Assembly (NCBI GenBank): GCA_963921275.4
Contig: OZ001293.3
Location: 5,408,001 to 5,472,000, forward strand
Source of the DNA: an uncultured Hormoscilla sp.
GTDB lineage: Bacteria > Cyanobacteriota > Cyanobacteriia > Cyanobacteriales > Desertifilaceae
Direction of reading: 5' to 3'
DNA: 64,000 nucleotides
Part shown: positions 10,233 through 20,293 of the stretch, piece by piece
Numbering within the stretch: the first letter of the stretch is position 1
How the letters are laid out: every line of letters begins with the position of its first letter
Made by a program: the position numbers and the translations under genes
The notes under the pieces: generated by a model
What the model was told of the DNA's origin: nothing
The model's database searches: none
Seen by the model: only the letters and a program-made list of their open reading frames with translations

Positions 10233-12016
10233 TTATTCTTCAGCATCGGGGTTACCACCCAATGCCCGTAGCCGAATGGCACTGACGACGAAGGAGTGAA
10301 AAAAAGCTCCAAGGCATGCTAGATAAGGATTATAGCCCTGAAGCCTAGTAAGCTATTACCCATAATCATGCCCAATCGAGCTTAGATTCTCAAGTGTCAA
10401 TTGGCTTCAAAGCAATCGCTTTACCATTCCGACAGGTGCTGCCAGAATCAGACATTCAACAGGTATGCCGAGCAAGAAAACGTCCCTCGTTCGCCATCGA
10501 TTGTTTTCGCCGGTGGTTACCCTGTGGATGTTCTTGCTGTGGATGCAGGTCATCGATATGGCTGCGCTACCCTATGGGATCAGCCTCTACTCGCACATTA
10601 GCAGTCAGTAAGGTTGTGGCCTGGTGCAGCGGGGGAGCAGGCCCCCATGGCGCAGCTATGGACACGCTTTGCCGGAGGCAAAGCCAGAAAACGTCTACCC
10701 GATCGCGTAGCGTGGCGCAGCCATACGAGTAGTGGAGCGTATGCACGACCTTACCGTACAAAAGCTAGAGCTTGGTCGCTGTAGAACTTCTTTATGGCTG
10801 CGCCCCCAGCGCAGCGCTATGGGTAAAGTGATGAGGGACTGAGGGGGTGAGGGGGTGAGGGGGTGATGAGAAAATGTTAATTTTTCGTTGATTCACAGAT
10901 ATTTTAAAATGTCGGCGTATTATTAATGGACCGATGCTCTAGAAGCTCAAGTTACTGCGAGGGCAGCTATGGCTGCGCCCCCAGGGGAGATATCTCTGCT
11001 CCTTGCTCTTGTCCCAAGGTCCATAGGGCACACAGGAGACATCGCAGCGCTATTGGTGCTAATTAAGAAGTGTGCCTGCTAGATGGCTCTTCCGTGATTA
11101 TGAGCGACACAACATGGCTGCGCCCCAGCGCAGCGCTATCAACAATCTTAAGGCTTATCGGAAACACTTCATACAACTAAAGGGCAGCATCACAAGACAA
11201 TTGCGTGATAATATATTAAATCACGCAATTGTCTTGTGATACTGGGTTGTGGTTTTCGTTTGAGCGCTCTTCGTCTTTATGTTTAGCTTGGATGAAAGTA
11301 TTGATTGCACCATTCTGCAGTTGTGAACTAGCTCCTGCACGACAGACAAAAGTATACAACCAGGAGCAAAAGTGACTGCTCTCAGGGGTAAGAAGTATTG
11401 CTGCGCCACGCTACGCGATAGGTAAGTTAGGTATTGGCGACCAGATTATTAGCCTCTACAAACCCAAAAAACGTCCCAATCACATAAGTGCTCAAGAGTG
11501 GGCAGATTTACCTGATACTGTGCAGGTATGGCTGCGCCCCCAGCAGAGATATCGAAAATGAGGCAACGGCGTCAAGAGTTGAAAGCACAGTTACTCAAAT
11601 GATGCAGGCTTAAGGTCAGTGCCATTCGCCCGTAGCCTTTCTGCCAGTCGTGCGGCCTTGGCTTCAGCCTCTTGGGCTCGGGCTTCAGCCTCTTGGGCTT
11701 TGGCTTCAGCCTGTGCAGTTCTTTGTTTTTCCAGTTCGGCTCGTTCCGAACCAGTCAACAACAGATTTCCCTGCAAATCCCACCAACGCAGCCATGGCTG
11801 TGTTTGATTCTGATAGCTTCCCTGCCAGAGTCCCAACTCTACTTCTAAGGACTCGATCGGATAGTGACCCCGTGAGTTGGGCTCCAGCTTCTGATAAACA
11901 AAATCTACCAGGTGATAGACCTCTAACTGGCTATTATCGATCTGAAAGATGCCATAGTAAGGAATCCTGATAATCTTCTCATACACCCAAAACTTGCCCG
12001 GTTTTCGTTTCACCCC
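10233..12016 (-). pseudogene. Uma2-family endonuclease fragment, interrupted by one IS4 and truncated by another
   Basis: GKFWVYE...IPYYGIF, LELGLWQGSYQ, WLRWWD, AERLRA; the native tail LGGNPDAEE* resumes at 10233-10263 beyond the IS. Confidence 0.8.
10274..11627 (+). mobile_element. Decayed IS4-family element
   Basis: IRs GAATGGCACTGAC / GTCAGTGCCATTC; 10-bp target duplication GCCCGTAGCC (10264-10273, 11628-11637); transposase remnants (LPFRQVLPESDIQQ). Confidence 0.85.
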
Positions 12017-13260
12017 TAACCCTGTCAAGGTGGGTCTGATGGGTGCTGCTCTGCGTATCTACGGTAGTGATCGGCATATTGCATCATTTTTTCTGTAGGG
12101 TCTCTAGTTTTTTATGTCATTTATTTACAAATATTCATTTTATTCCAAATAGAGAGCCCGAGGGTGATTAATGCGGCAATGTCTGCTATGTATAAGAGAG
12201 TGTCGTAGCCTATCAATGGAAGTTGGGGGGGTGAAATGCTGAATGTCATAGCAGAAGCGTTTTGTGCAAGAAAGTCCTGTTAGTGTCATGATGCGTGGCC
12301 TAATGGAACACATTTTTAATAGTAGGCATATAGACTCAATCTTTGAGCAACACGCTCTCAACCAATACACGGGAGAGTTGATGTTCTCAAATCTAGTAGA
12401 TTTGATGAGAAAGCGTGGTCTGTGGCATTTTCAAGAGTGTAAATGCTACCTAGAGAGCTAAAGCAAAAGAGCTCCAAGTCAGTCCCACAGCCGTTTATGA
12501 TAAAATTAACAGGGTTGACAAGCGTGTTAGTGCAGCTCTATTACACTCGACAAGAGCGTGAGATGGTTAAATTGATTGAGCTAATAGGAGGCTAAAATGA
12601 GCAGATGTTGCCTGGTTATAGTATGAAAATTATAGACGGAAACGGCGGCCACTGACGGTCGAATAGAAGTCCTCAGATATATAGGTTTAGGTCCGATCAA
12701 AACCTAACCCTTGCAAATCTTTAGTAGTCCTAGAGCCGCAGTTACATAAGAGCGATAGATATATTTCCCTGTGAAGATGGACCAAGAAAGAGCTTTATTC
12801 GACCAAGTTATAGAAAGAGTAAAAACCGTCCAGGATTGCCGACCGGAATATCTGTAGGAATAAATTTTTATTTGGGCTCCTTGATAAAGGAGCGAATTTT
12901 ATCATTAGAGAGCATGGCCTGCCTCAAGAAGCTATAACTCAATGGTTATGCGGGCGGTAGGAGTTGTGAAGACAGGAAGGCTTTTTGAACAAATGGTACC
13001 TCTGACCTACTCGTGATAAAACATTGCTGGTGCGTCCAGTGGTTCTGGGTCTCAAAAAAAATGCCCGTAATGGAGAAAATTTTCATTGCCATTCTCTGTA
13101 GTCTAGCAGCAGATGTTGTTAGTACAGCCCCAGTGGCTGTACTGTATCGAGGACCCGCTTCGTATTGAAGGATTATTCCAAACAGTGACAGAAAATTTTC
13201 ACTGCTCCCTTCAGACTTTGGGTTATCCGCATCTCGGTCACCTTTCCCATCACATTCTCG
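12017..13260 (+). mobile_element. Decayed IS4-family transposase of a second type
   Basis: End motif CCCTGTCAAGGT; fragments SPVSVMMRGLMEHIF...QYTGELMFS and RIEGLFQTVTENFHCSLQTLGYP; many stops. Confidence 0.75.
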
Positions 13261-13475
13261 ACCCACTCATCGATGTCGCGTCGGAGGTAGGAAAGGAGTA
13301 TCATAACTAATTTTACTGCTTGAGGCCATCTCTGATTCTCAACAGATTTAAATAAATTGAGAATCAGCTAGCATCATTGATTATCAATTGCCTCAATTAA
13401 TTGAGAATCATCTGACAAAGAAGTGGAACTAACAAAGACGCGAATTCCCAAACAATTCGAGATTTTAAATTTTGC

Positions 13476-13841
13476 CTATATATTGAGAAAATTTCGCCAA
13501 GGAACTGAACAATTCGATGTCTCTGCGCCAGAAACCAGAGACAAAACGATCGAACCAAACAAGGCCGGGAAGAAACCATTAACTGTAAAACCGGGAGTGA
13601 AGTATCCGACCATCGAAAGACTGATCCCATTAACCACCAACAGAAACAGACCCAAGGTCAAGATCGTTAACGGCAAGGTGAGAATTGTCAGAATGGGTTT
13701 GACGATCGCATTAACCAACCCCATCACCGCCACACCGATGGCTGCGGCCTGCCAACTGGCGATCGTCAGACCTGGAACAAGATAGGCTGTAATTGTTAGG
13801 GAGATAGCAGCCAGTACCCAAGTTAAGAAGAAATTAAGCAT
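13476..13841 (-). CDS. YvlD / phage-holin-family (DUF360) membrane protein
   Basis: VNAIVKPILTILTLPLTILTLGLFLLVVN signature; C-terminus altered beside a half mini-element (TCGATGTCTCT near 13514). Confidence 0.85.
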   Translation of the reverse strand: MLNFFLTWVLAAISLTITAYLVPGLTIASWQAAAIGVAVMGLVNAIVKPILTILTLPLTILTLGLFLLVVNGISLSMVGYFTPGFTVNGFFPALFGSIVLSLVSGAETSNCSVPWRNFLNI

Positions 13842-13992
13842 GAGCCTCTCATAATTCGATAATTATCATGATTATAGCAAATTTCCGCCCGATTATCTGG
13901 GTACTAATACAGTTTCACCTCCGGACCGCCCTAGCGCCCTATCTCCCGCTGATATCTGCTAGCGCTTTAGTCCTGACTGCGAACCCATCACC

Positions 13993-14358
13993 TTAAGCCT
14001 CTTCCCCGCTGACAAACCAGTCGATCGACCCATAAACCAGAGACAGAACGATCGCACCCAACAAGGCCGGGGAAAAACTGTCAACCTTAAAATACTCAGG
14101 GAAGGAGTGTCCAACCCTCAAAAGCACGATCGCAATAATCACAGACCTAAATATACCCAAGGTCAAGATGGTTACAGGCAACCTGATAATTTTCAGAATG
14201 GGTTTGACGATCGCATTGACCAACCTCATGACAATCACCATGACAATCACACCGATGGCGGCGCCCTGCCAACTGGCGATCGCCAGACCTTTGACAATAG
14301 AGGTTGTAATTCCTAGGGAGATAGCAGCCAGCACCCAAGTTAAGAAGAAATTAAGCAT
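13993..14358 (-). CDS. Diverged tandem paralog of the YvlD-family membrane protein
   Basis: Identical N-terminus MLNFFLTWVLAAISL and shared VNAIVKPIL. Confidence 0.8.
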   Translation of the reverse strand: MLNFFLTWVLAAISLGITTSIVKGLAIASWQGAAIGVIVMVIVMRLVNAIVKPILKIIRLPVTILTLGIFRSVIIAIVLLRVGHSFPEYFKVDSFSPALLGAIVLSLVYGSIDWFVSGEEA

Positions 14359-14439
14359 GATCCTCAAGTAAGCTCGATAATTATCATGATTGTAGCGATT
14401 TTAAATATCAAATTACAAATCGGTATGAGATCGAAGCAA

Positions 14440-15570
14440 ATGAAGCGAGTAGGTGTGATAGGTGGCGGACAGCTGGCCTGGATGATGGCGGGTGCAGCTA
14501 AGTGTTTGGATATAGAACTGGTGGTGCAAACTCCCAACAAGTCAGATCCAGCAGTGGCGGATGCTGCTGATGTCATCCTGGCACCAATAGATGATGCCGC
14601 CGCTACCGCCCAACTAGCAGATCGCTGTGATGTAATAACCTTTGAAAATGAGTTTATTAACCTGGATGCCCTCAAACCTCTAGCCCACCAGCAGGCGGTC
14701 TGTTTCCGCCCCGGACTGGAGGCGATCGCCCCACTGCTAGATAAGTACGATCAGCGCTGTTACTTGCAGCAACTGGGTTTACCTGTCCCTAAGTTTATCG
14801 CCCTGGATGGAGAACTTGACCAACTTGCCAATTGGTCTTTCCCGGTGGTAGTCAAAGCCCGACGCCACGGTTATGATGGTCAAGGGACTTTTACCCTTAA
14901 AGACCGTCAGGCCCTAGAATTAACTTTACAACAACTGGGACAAACCCCTGCATTACTCGAAGAGTTTATCCCTTTTGCACGGGAGTTGGCCGCGATCGCG
15001 GCCCGTTCGGTCACCGGCGAGGTGGTGGTGTATCCAGTGGTGGAAACCCAGCAGGAAGATCGGGTTTGCCGTCGGGTGCTAGTTCCTGCCCAGATTAGTA
15101 TAGCTGTTCGCACAGAGATAGAGGCGATCGCCCGCACCCTTTTGGACAGTCTGGAAGTGGTGGGCGTCTTTGGCATTGAGCTATTTTTAACCAGTTCTGG
15201 CAAGCTATTAGTAAATGAAATTGCCCCTCGGACCCATAATTCTGGCCATTTTACCCTGGATGCTTGCCAAACTTCCCAATTTGAACAGCATCTGAGAACG
15301 ATCTGTCAGCTGCCGGTGGGCAACCCAGCCTTAAACTGTACTGGTGCAGTCATGGTCAACTTGCTGGGCTATAAATTAGCAATACATGACTATTTTGTCA
15401 AGCGTCAAGAGTTGGCAGCAATTCGGCAAGCTCAGGTATATTGGTACGGTAAGAAAGAATCCCGTCCTGGTCGGAAGTTGGGACATGTGACGGTGCTGCT
15501 TGAGACGCCCGAAAGAGATCGGGCACTGGCGATCGCCCGCAAAATAGAATCTATATGGTACAAACCGTAG
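14440..15570 (+). CDS. purK: N5-carboxyaminoimidazole ribonucleotide synthase
   Basis: GVIGGGQLAWMM, ITFENE, HGYDGQG, NEIAPRTHNSGH, SQFEQHLR, RPGRKLGHVT. Confidence 0.96.
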   Translation: MKRVGVIGGGQLAWMMAGAAKCLDIELVVQTPNKSDPAVADAADVILAPIDDAAATAQLADRCDVITFENEFINLDALKPLAHQQAVCFRPGLEAIAPLLDKYDQRCYLQQLGLPVPKFIALDGELDQLANWSFPVVVKARRHGYDGQGTFTLKDRQALELTLQQLGQTPALLEEFIPFARELAAIAARSVTGEVVVYPVVETQQEDRVCRRVLVPAQISIAVRTEIEAIARTLLDSLEVVGVFGIELFLTSSGKLLVNEIAPRTHNSGHFTLDACQTSQFEQHLRTICQLPVGNPALNCTGAVMVNLLGYKLAIHDYFVKRQELAAIRQAQVYWYGKKESRPGRKLGHVTVLLETPERDRALAIARKIESIWYKP

Positions 15571-15586
15571 GGTGGGCGGTGCCCAC

Positions 15587-15714
15587 CAGTCAAGCACGGC
15601 TTCGTGCTTACTACGAACAGTCAAGCACGCTTCGTGCTTACTGCGAACGGCGAACGGTCAAGCACGCTTCGTGCTTACTCGAACGGTCAAGCGCTTCGTG
15701 CTTACTACGAACGG
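15587..15714. repeat. Tandem REP-like hairpin repeats, about 4 units of about 30 bp
   Basis: GTCAAGCAC-GCTTC-GTGCTTACTACGAAC units; same family as 50529 and 52413. Confidence 0.85.
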
Positions 15715-15783
15715 ATCTCAAGCACTTTGGAAAGATAAGTAGCCACAAAAGCAAAAATCATGCTAAGATACTTTGCAGGTTCT

Positions 15784-15959
15784 ACTGCGGTGTTGGTGAC
15801 TGCCAATAAAGTTTTATGATCTATGCCTTGAGATAAACGGGAACCTGTGTAGTTCTAGCGGCAGTAGGCCGGGCCAGTAACCGGAAACGAAAGCTATCGA
15901 AACCTAGGTACCCACCTGGTGCAACCAGGTCAAAAACTGAGGTAAGACGGCACTGCGGT
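15784..15959 (+). ncRNA. ssrS: 6S RNA
   Basis: Complementary ends ACTGCGGTGTTG / CGGCACTGCGGT, internal hairpin ACCTGGT-GCA-ACCAGGT, location downstream of purK as in many cyanobacteria, TGcTAAGAT extended -10 upstream. Confidence 0.85.
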
Positions 15960-16165
15960 GAACCTCCTGTGTCTCCCATGTATGTGCTTTTAGCGCTCCC
16001 GGGAGACACAGGGCCCATTGGCCGTTGTATGCATTACAGGGGTATTGTGGTCTCGATCGGCTTATGACCAATTATTAAATAAATCATTTAATGGCTAATT
16101 GTCCTGTTCGTGAAAAAATAAGCAGATGTTGTTTTGTAACAGGCAGTTGCCCCTAAACCGAAGTT

Positions 16166-16489
16166 ATGCCTCAGACTTATACCGTCGAAATTAACCACCA
16201 AGGCAATATCCATACCCTGGAAGTACCAGAAGATAAAAAGATCCTGAAAGTTGCTGAGGCCGCAGGACTGGACTTGCCTAATTCCTGTAATGCGGGTGTT
16301 TGTACTACCTGTGCGGCCCTGCTAGAGACGGGAACTGTAGAGCAAAGTGAGGGTATGGGACTTAGTCCAGATTTGCAAAAGGAAGGTTATGCATTGCTGT
16401 GCGTATCATTCCCCCGATCGGATCTGAAAATTGTCACGGAAAAGGAAGATGAGGTGTATGATCGCCAGTTTGGTCGTCCGCAAAAGTAG
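16166..16489 (+). CDS. 2Fe-2S ferredoxin (Fed2/FdC2 type)
   Basis: SCNAGVCTTC...LLC cluster motif; C-terminal extension EDEVYDRQFG. Confidence 0.9.
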   Translation: MPQTYTVEINHQGNIHTLEVPEDKKILKVAEAAGLDLPNSCNAGVCTTCAALLETGTVEQSEGMGLSPDLQKEGYALLCVSFPRSDLKIVTEKEDEVYDRQFGRPQK

Positions 16490-16533
16490 TCCTGCATGGG
16501 AAGATGACAAATAGATAGCGTGAGAATTACCCG

Positions 16534-16731
16534 ATGACAACCCATTTTATTACGGCAGAGATTGATTTGCAAGCAACGCCATCCCAACTGCATCACGAAA
16601 TTGAAGCTGAGTTGCAGCGCCGGGGCGAACCCCTACGCTGGGCAGTTACTAGCGTTGACACCGAACGGCAAACAGCCCAGGTTGAGGCTATTGTGACGGT
16701 AGAATCTCAGAAGTCTGCTGTATCAAGGTGA
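16534..16731 (+). CDS. Conserved small cyanobacterial protein
   Basis: GEPLRWAVT motif; sits between the ferredoxin and DUF3326 genes with an overlapping stop/start. Confidence 0.75.
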   Translation: MTTHFITAEIDLQATPSQLHHEIEAELQRRGEPLRWAVTSVDTERQTAQVEAIVTVESQKSAVSR

Positions 16732-17816
16732 ACAAGCGTCCTTACACTGTGGTGTTGATCGTTCCTACGGGGGTGGGGGCGGCAATAGGTGGCTATGCTG
16801 GAGATGTAATGCCGGTAGCTAGGGCGATCGCCCAAATCTGCGATCGCCTGATTACTCACCCCAATGTGCTCAACGGTGCCCAGCTGTACTGGAATTTACC
16901 TAATGCCTTCTATGTGGAAGGCTATGGACTTGACAAATTTGCGGCAGGATGCTATGGACTGCGACCGGTACATCAGAACCGGGTGGGTTTAATTCTCGAT
17001 CGGGGGATAGAACCAGAACTGCGCCTGCGGCACCTGCAAGCAGCGGACGCTACGAGAGCAACTTTGGGACTGTCTCTGACGGACTATGTGGTGACGGACG
17101 CACCGTTACAGGTGGAATTGCGCAGCTCGGCAACCGGTGCCAGTTGGGGGACAATTGCCAATCCCGATAGTCTGTTGCGGGCCGCAGAAGCACTGATAAG
17201 TCAGGCCCAAGCAGAGGCGATCGCGGTGGTGGCCCGGTTCCCGGACGACACGGAAAGCGATGAGTTGCAAAACTATCGCCACGGACGGGGAGTGGACCCG
17301 ATCGCGGGTGCGGAAGCGGTAATCTCTCACCTAGTTGTGCGCCAATTCCAAATTCCCTGCGCCCATGCACCGGCACTATTGCCATTGCCCCTGGATCCGC
17401 AACTGTCCCCCCGCTGCGCCGCCGAAGAATTGGGCTATACTTTCTTACCCTGCGTGTTAGTAGGACTGAGTCGCACTCCCCAATTTGTAGTCAAGGGTGC
17501 GGACTCCCAACCAGGGGATATTTGGGTAGATGGAGTAGATGCAGTGGTAGTGCCGGCAACTGCTTGCGGCGGTAGTGGCCTGCTGAGTTTGAGTCAGTCA
17601 CGGGCAAAATTTATTGCGGTGACCGATAATGTAACTCGGATGAATGTGCCCCCAGATGCGCTCGGAATCAATGCTTTGCGAGTAAAATCGTATTTAGAGG
17701 CATTGGGCGTCTTGGTGGCCGATCGGGCAGGCATTAGTCCTGATGCACTTAGCCTTAGCATATCATCATTAAATTGTTTATCCACCATTAGCGATAAATG
17801 CCCAGCCGACAGCTAA
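16728..17816 (+). CDS. DUF3326 family protein
   Basis: IVPTGVGAAIGGYAGD, ITHPNVLNGA, GVDPIAGAEAVISH, AAEELGYTFLPCVL. Confidence 0.88.
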   Translation: MNKRPYTVVLIVPTGVGAAIGGYAGDVMPVARAIAQICDRLITHPNVLNGAQLYWNLPNAFYVEGYGLDKFAAGCYGLRPVHQNRVGLILDRGIEPELRLRHLQAADATRATLGLSLTDYVVTDAPLQVELRSSATGASWGTIANPDSLLRAAEALISQAQAEAIAVVARFPDDTESDELQNYRHGRGVDPIAGAEAVISHLVVRQFQIPCAHAPALLPLPLDPQLSPRCAAEELGYTFLPCVLVGLSRTPQFVVKGADSQPGDIWVDGVDAVVVPATACGGSGLLSLSQSRAKFIAVTDNVTRMNVPPDALGINALRVKSYLEALGVLVADRAGISPDALSLSISSLNCLSTISDKCPADS

Positions 17817-17833
17817 CAAATAACAACTGACAA

Positions 17834-18418
17834 ATGACAAATGAGAATCCAGAAATAGAACCCATGACGCGCACGCAAGTTTTGATTGCGATGGGGGTAA
17901 CAGCAGTGATATTGCTGATAGTGGCAAAGGTGTGGCTACACTTCGATCCTGTGCCGCAACTGCCGCTGTTCTGGAAACCGGAATTTTTGCTCTTGGGTGC
18001 GGGAGTGGGACTGGGCGTGACCGGGTTGAGTGCGATCGTTTATAAAATTTGGCCAGCTTACCGCGAAAGTGCTGATTTATATTTAAGATTGGTGCTGGAA
18101 CCTTTATTCTTTGTTGATTTTATTTGGCTAGGATTATTACCGGGATTGAGTGAGGAATTGCTCTTTAGAGGCGTGATCCTGCCAGCCTTCGGGTTGAATG
18201 TTTTAGGTTTAATTGTATCGAGTGTCTGCTTTGGGGTTTTGCACTTTAGCGGCATGGAAAGATGGCCTTATGTGGTTTGGGCGACGGCAGTGGGGTTGGT
18301 GCTGGGATATACTGCCTTAGAAACTGGCAATTTGTTAGTCCCGATCGTCGCTCATATCATCATTAATGTAGTTTCTAGTCTGACTTGGAAGCTGGGAGAA
18401 GAGGCAAAAACTGGGTAA
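17834..18418 (+). CDS. CPBP/Abi family intramembrane metalloprotease
   Basis: EELLFRG, FGVLH, PIVAH motifs and multiple TM segments. Confidence 0.9.
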   Translation: MTNENPEIEPMTRTQVLIAMGVTAVILLIVAKVWLHFDPVPQLPLFWKPEFLLLGAGVGLGVTGLSAIVYKIWPAYRESADLYLRLVLEPLFFVDFIWLGLLPGLSEELLFRGVILPAFGLNVLGLIVSSVCFGVLHFSGMERWPYVVWATAVGLVLGYTALETGNLLVPIVAHIIINVVSSLTWKLGEEAKTG

Positions 18419-18508
18419 TGGTGAATGGTGAATAGCAAATTGAGAATGGTGAATTGAGAATGGTGAATCTCTCGATCCCAGATACCACGCCCGAACCCTA
18501 AAGGGTCC

Positions 18509-19379
18509 GTGCGATTCGTTCTAGCCTAACGTGGTCAAACACGGAACGCTAGCCCGGTTTCATTAGCCAGGAACTCTGACCGCATGGGGGTTAAATTCCC
18601 CTCCCCCCAGGTACGGGGGTGACACCGGTCCTCGGTGCTACGAAGCGACATCATCGTGGTGCTAAGCGAGGACTCAAATGTAGGATAACTGGCAGCCTAA
18701 GCCGGTGACGCCGCTAGGAAAGATATCCAAGGTTAGAGCAGGCAAACATGTGCAAGCCTCGTTATAAGGAACCAGCGAAATAAGGCTATATGCGCTGGCC
18801 TAAAAAGGAAATGGTAGCTAGTATTAGTTTTAGACTCTGGCTAATATAGTACTCAAATAGCTCCCGGGGTATAGTGTGGACCTAAAGGTATCGCGAAATG
18901 TTGTTAGGGAACGAAGTAACCTCTCGTGTGCTGTCCATCAGGACAAGTTAGATGTTAAGCGCAAGCCACGGGGGGAGGGATGGCCCAAGAAGCGAATGCC
19001 CGGGGTAATTCCTGGGATAACATCTACAGTAATGTAGATGATGCTGGGTAGCCAGCGCTGACGTGGGTCGGTGATACTAGGAAGCTGCTGGAATGAGTAA
19101 TCCTAAAAAGCCACGGAACTAATCCGAAACGCAAGTGGAGGATAAGGTATGGATAACTGGTAAAACTGACTTGAAAATGGTGATACTAACGGTTATCAGA
19201 ACAACCACTCGCTAAACCAGGAAAGGGAAGAAAAGACAGGCGGCAAGGGCTAACGGAAGTAATTCCTATTAAGTCTACCTATGAAAAGGGCCTAGTACCC
19301 AGTAGCCGGATGCGGTGAAAATCGCAAGTCCGGTTCCTCAAGGGAGGGTCGGGAAGCGATTCCCGGCTCGACCCCATCC
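18509..19379 (+). ncRNA. ORF-less group II intron (IIB/CL-like), copy A
   Basis: 5' GTGCG; domain V AGCCGGATGCGGT-GAAA-ATCGCAAGTCCGGTT (about 19304-19335); domain VI hairpin with bulged A (CGACCCCAT); short domain IV with no ORF; interrupts a REP. Confidence 0.93.
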
Positions 19380-19504
19380 AGCTACACGAACAAAGCCCGC
19401 CTGCGCGGGCTAGATTACTTGCATCATCGATGCTCTCCGGTCGCTTCGGGTGTGGTCAAAACCCGTCGATCTAACATGGGCCTTCCCAGTCGTCGGATCC
19501 CCCT

Positions 19505-19555
19505 TGCGATGTCTCGCGAAGGCCACGCTAAAAGCACTACCCAAGAGACATCGCA
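19505..19555. repeat. Degenerate hairpin mini-element inside a CCCCCTTAAAAAGGGGG-type repeat
   Basis: TGCGATGTCTC...GCACTACCCAAGAGACATCGCA. Confidence 0.7.
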
Positions 19556-19794
19556 CCCCCCTTAAAAAGCCTTAAAAAGGGGGGCTTCCATAGCCCCCCC
19601 CCTCGTTCCCTGGCTCTGCCTGGGAACGTAAGGGGGGGTTTGGGGGGGATCCCTATGCAACAAATGCATGACCACACCCGTTCGCAGTTAGGGTACATTC
19701 GCAGTTCGGGCACATTCGCAGTTCGCCCCGACCGGGCAGTTCTAGGGTACTTTTACCTCAACCGGCACCTATTAGCTGCTAACCGGTGCCCCAC

Positions 19795-19957
19795 TGTTGG
19801 GGTTTAAAACCTCTCTGTTGGGGTTTAAAACCTCTCTGTTGGGGTTTAAAACCTCTCTGTTGGGGTTTAAAACCTCTCTGTTGGGGTTTAAAACCTCTCT
19901 ATTTTGGTTTTAAACCTCTCCATTGGGGTTTTAAACCTCTCCATTGGGGTTTTAAAC
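19795..19957. repeat. 21-bp tandem repeat, about 8 units
   Basis: TGTTGGGGTTTAAAACCTCTC x5 followed by three variant units; no spacers. Confidence 0.95.
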
Positions 19958-20293
19958 CGGTGTGGTCTTGCGCACGTTGGCAACCGTTCACCGTGAGCTG
20001 TAAGCCGTTCGCCGTGAGCTGCGAGGGAGTTCCCCGTTTCCTGTGAGCCGTTCGCCGTTCTCCGTTAAGAGTTCCCCACTAATACAACCACTTTTGACCA
20101 CACCCGGTCGCTTCTCTCGATCCCAGGCAGAGCCTGGGATTGGTAGTTTGGAGGCAGAGCCTCCAGAGAAGATTACCAGACGGCGGTCACTTGATAAACC
20201 ATCGGAAATATCTCGCCAGTGCGCGAACTCTGTAAACCCAGGCAGAGTGAGTCAAGGAGCGAGAGAAAATGTACAATGAGGATGCTGAACAGC

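Noticed and set aside
15587..15714. Hairpin repeats of about 30 bp (also 50529 and 52413) as a mini-CRISPR
   Set aside because: No spacers; a dispersed intergenic REP-like family
18509..19379. Intron-encoded reverse transcriptase, retron or DGR
   Set aside because: Domain IV is only tens of nucleotides, and no RT motif (YADD-like) appears in any credible ORF in the window
19795..19957. Possible CRISPR array
   Set aside because: Units abut with no unique spacers, and there are no cas genes in the window
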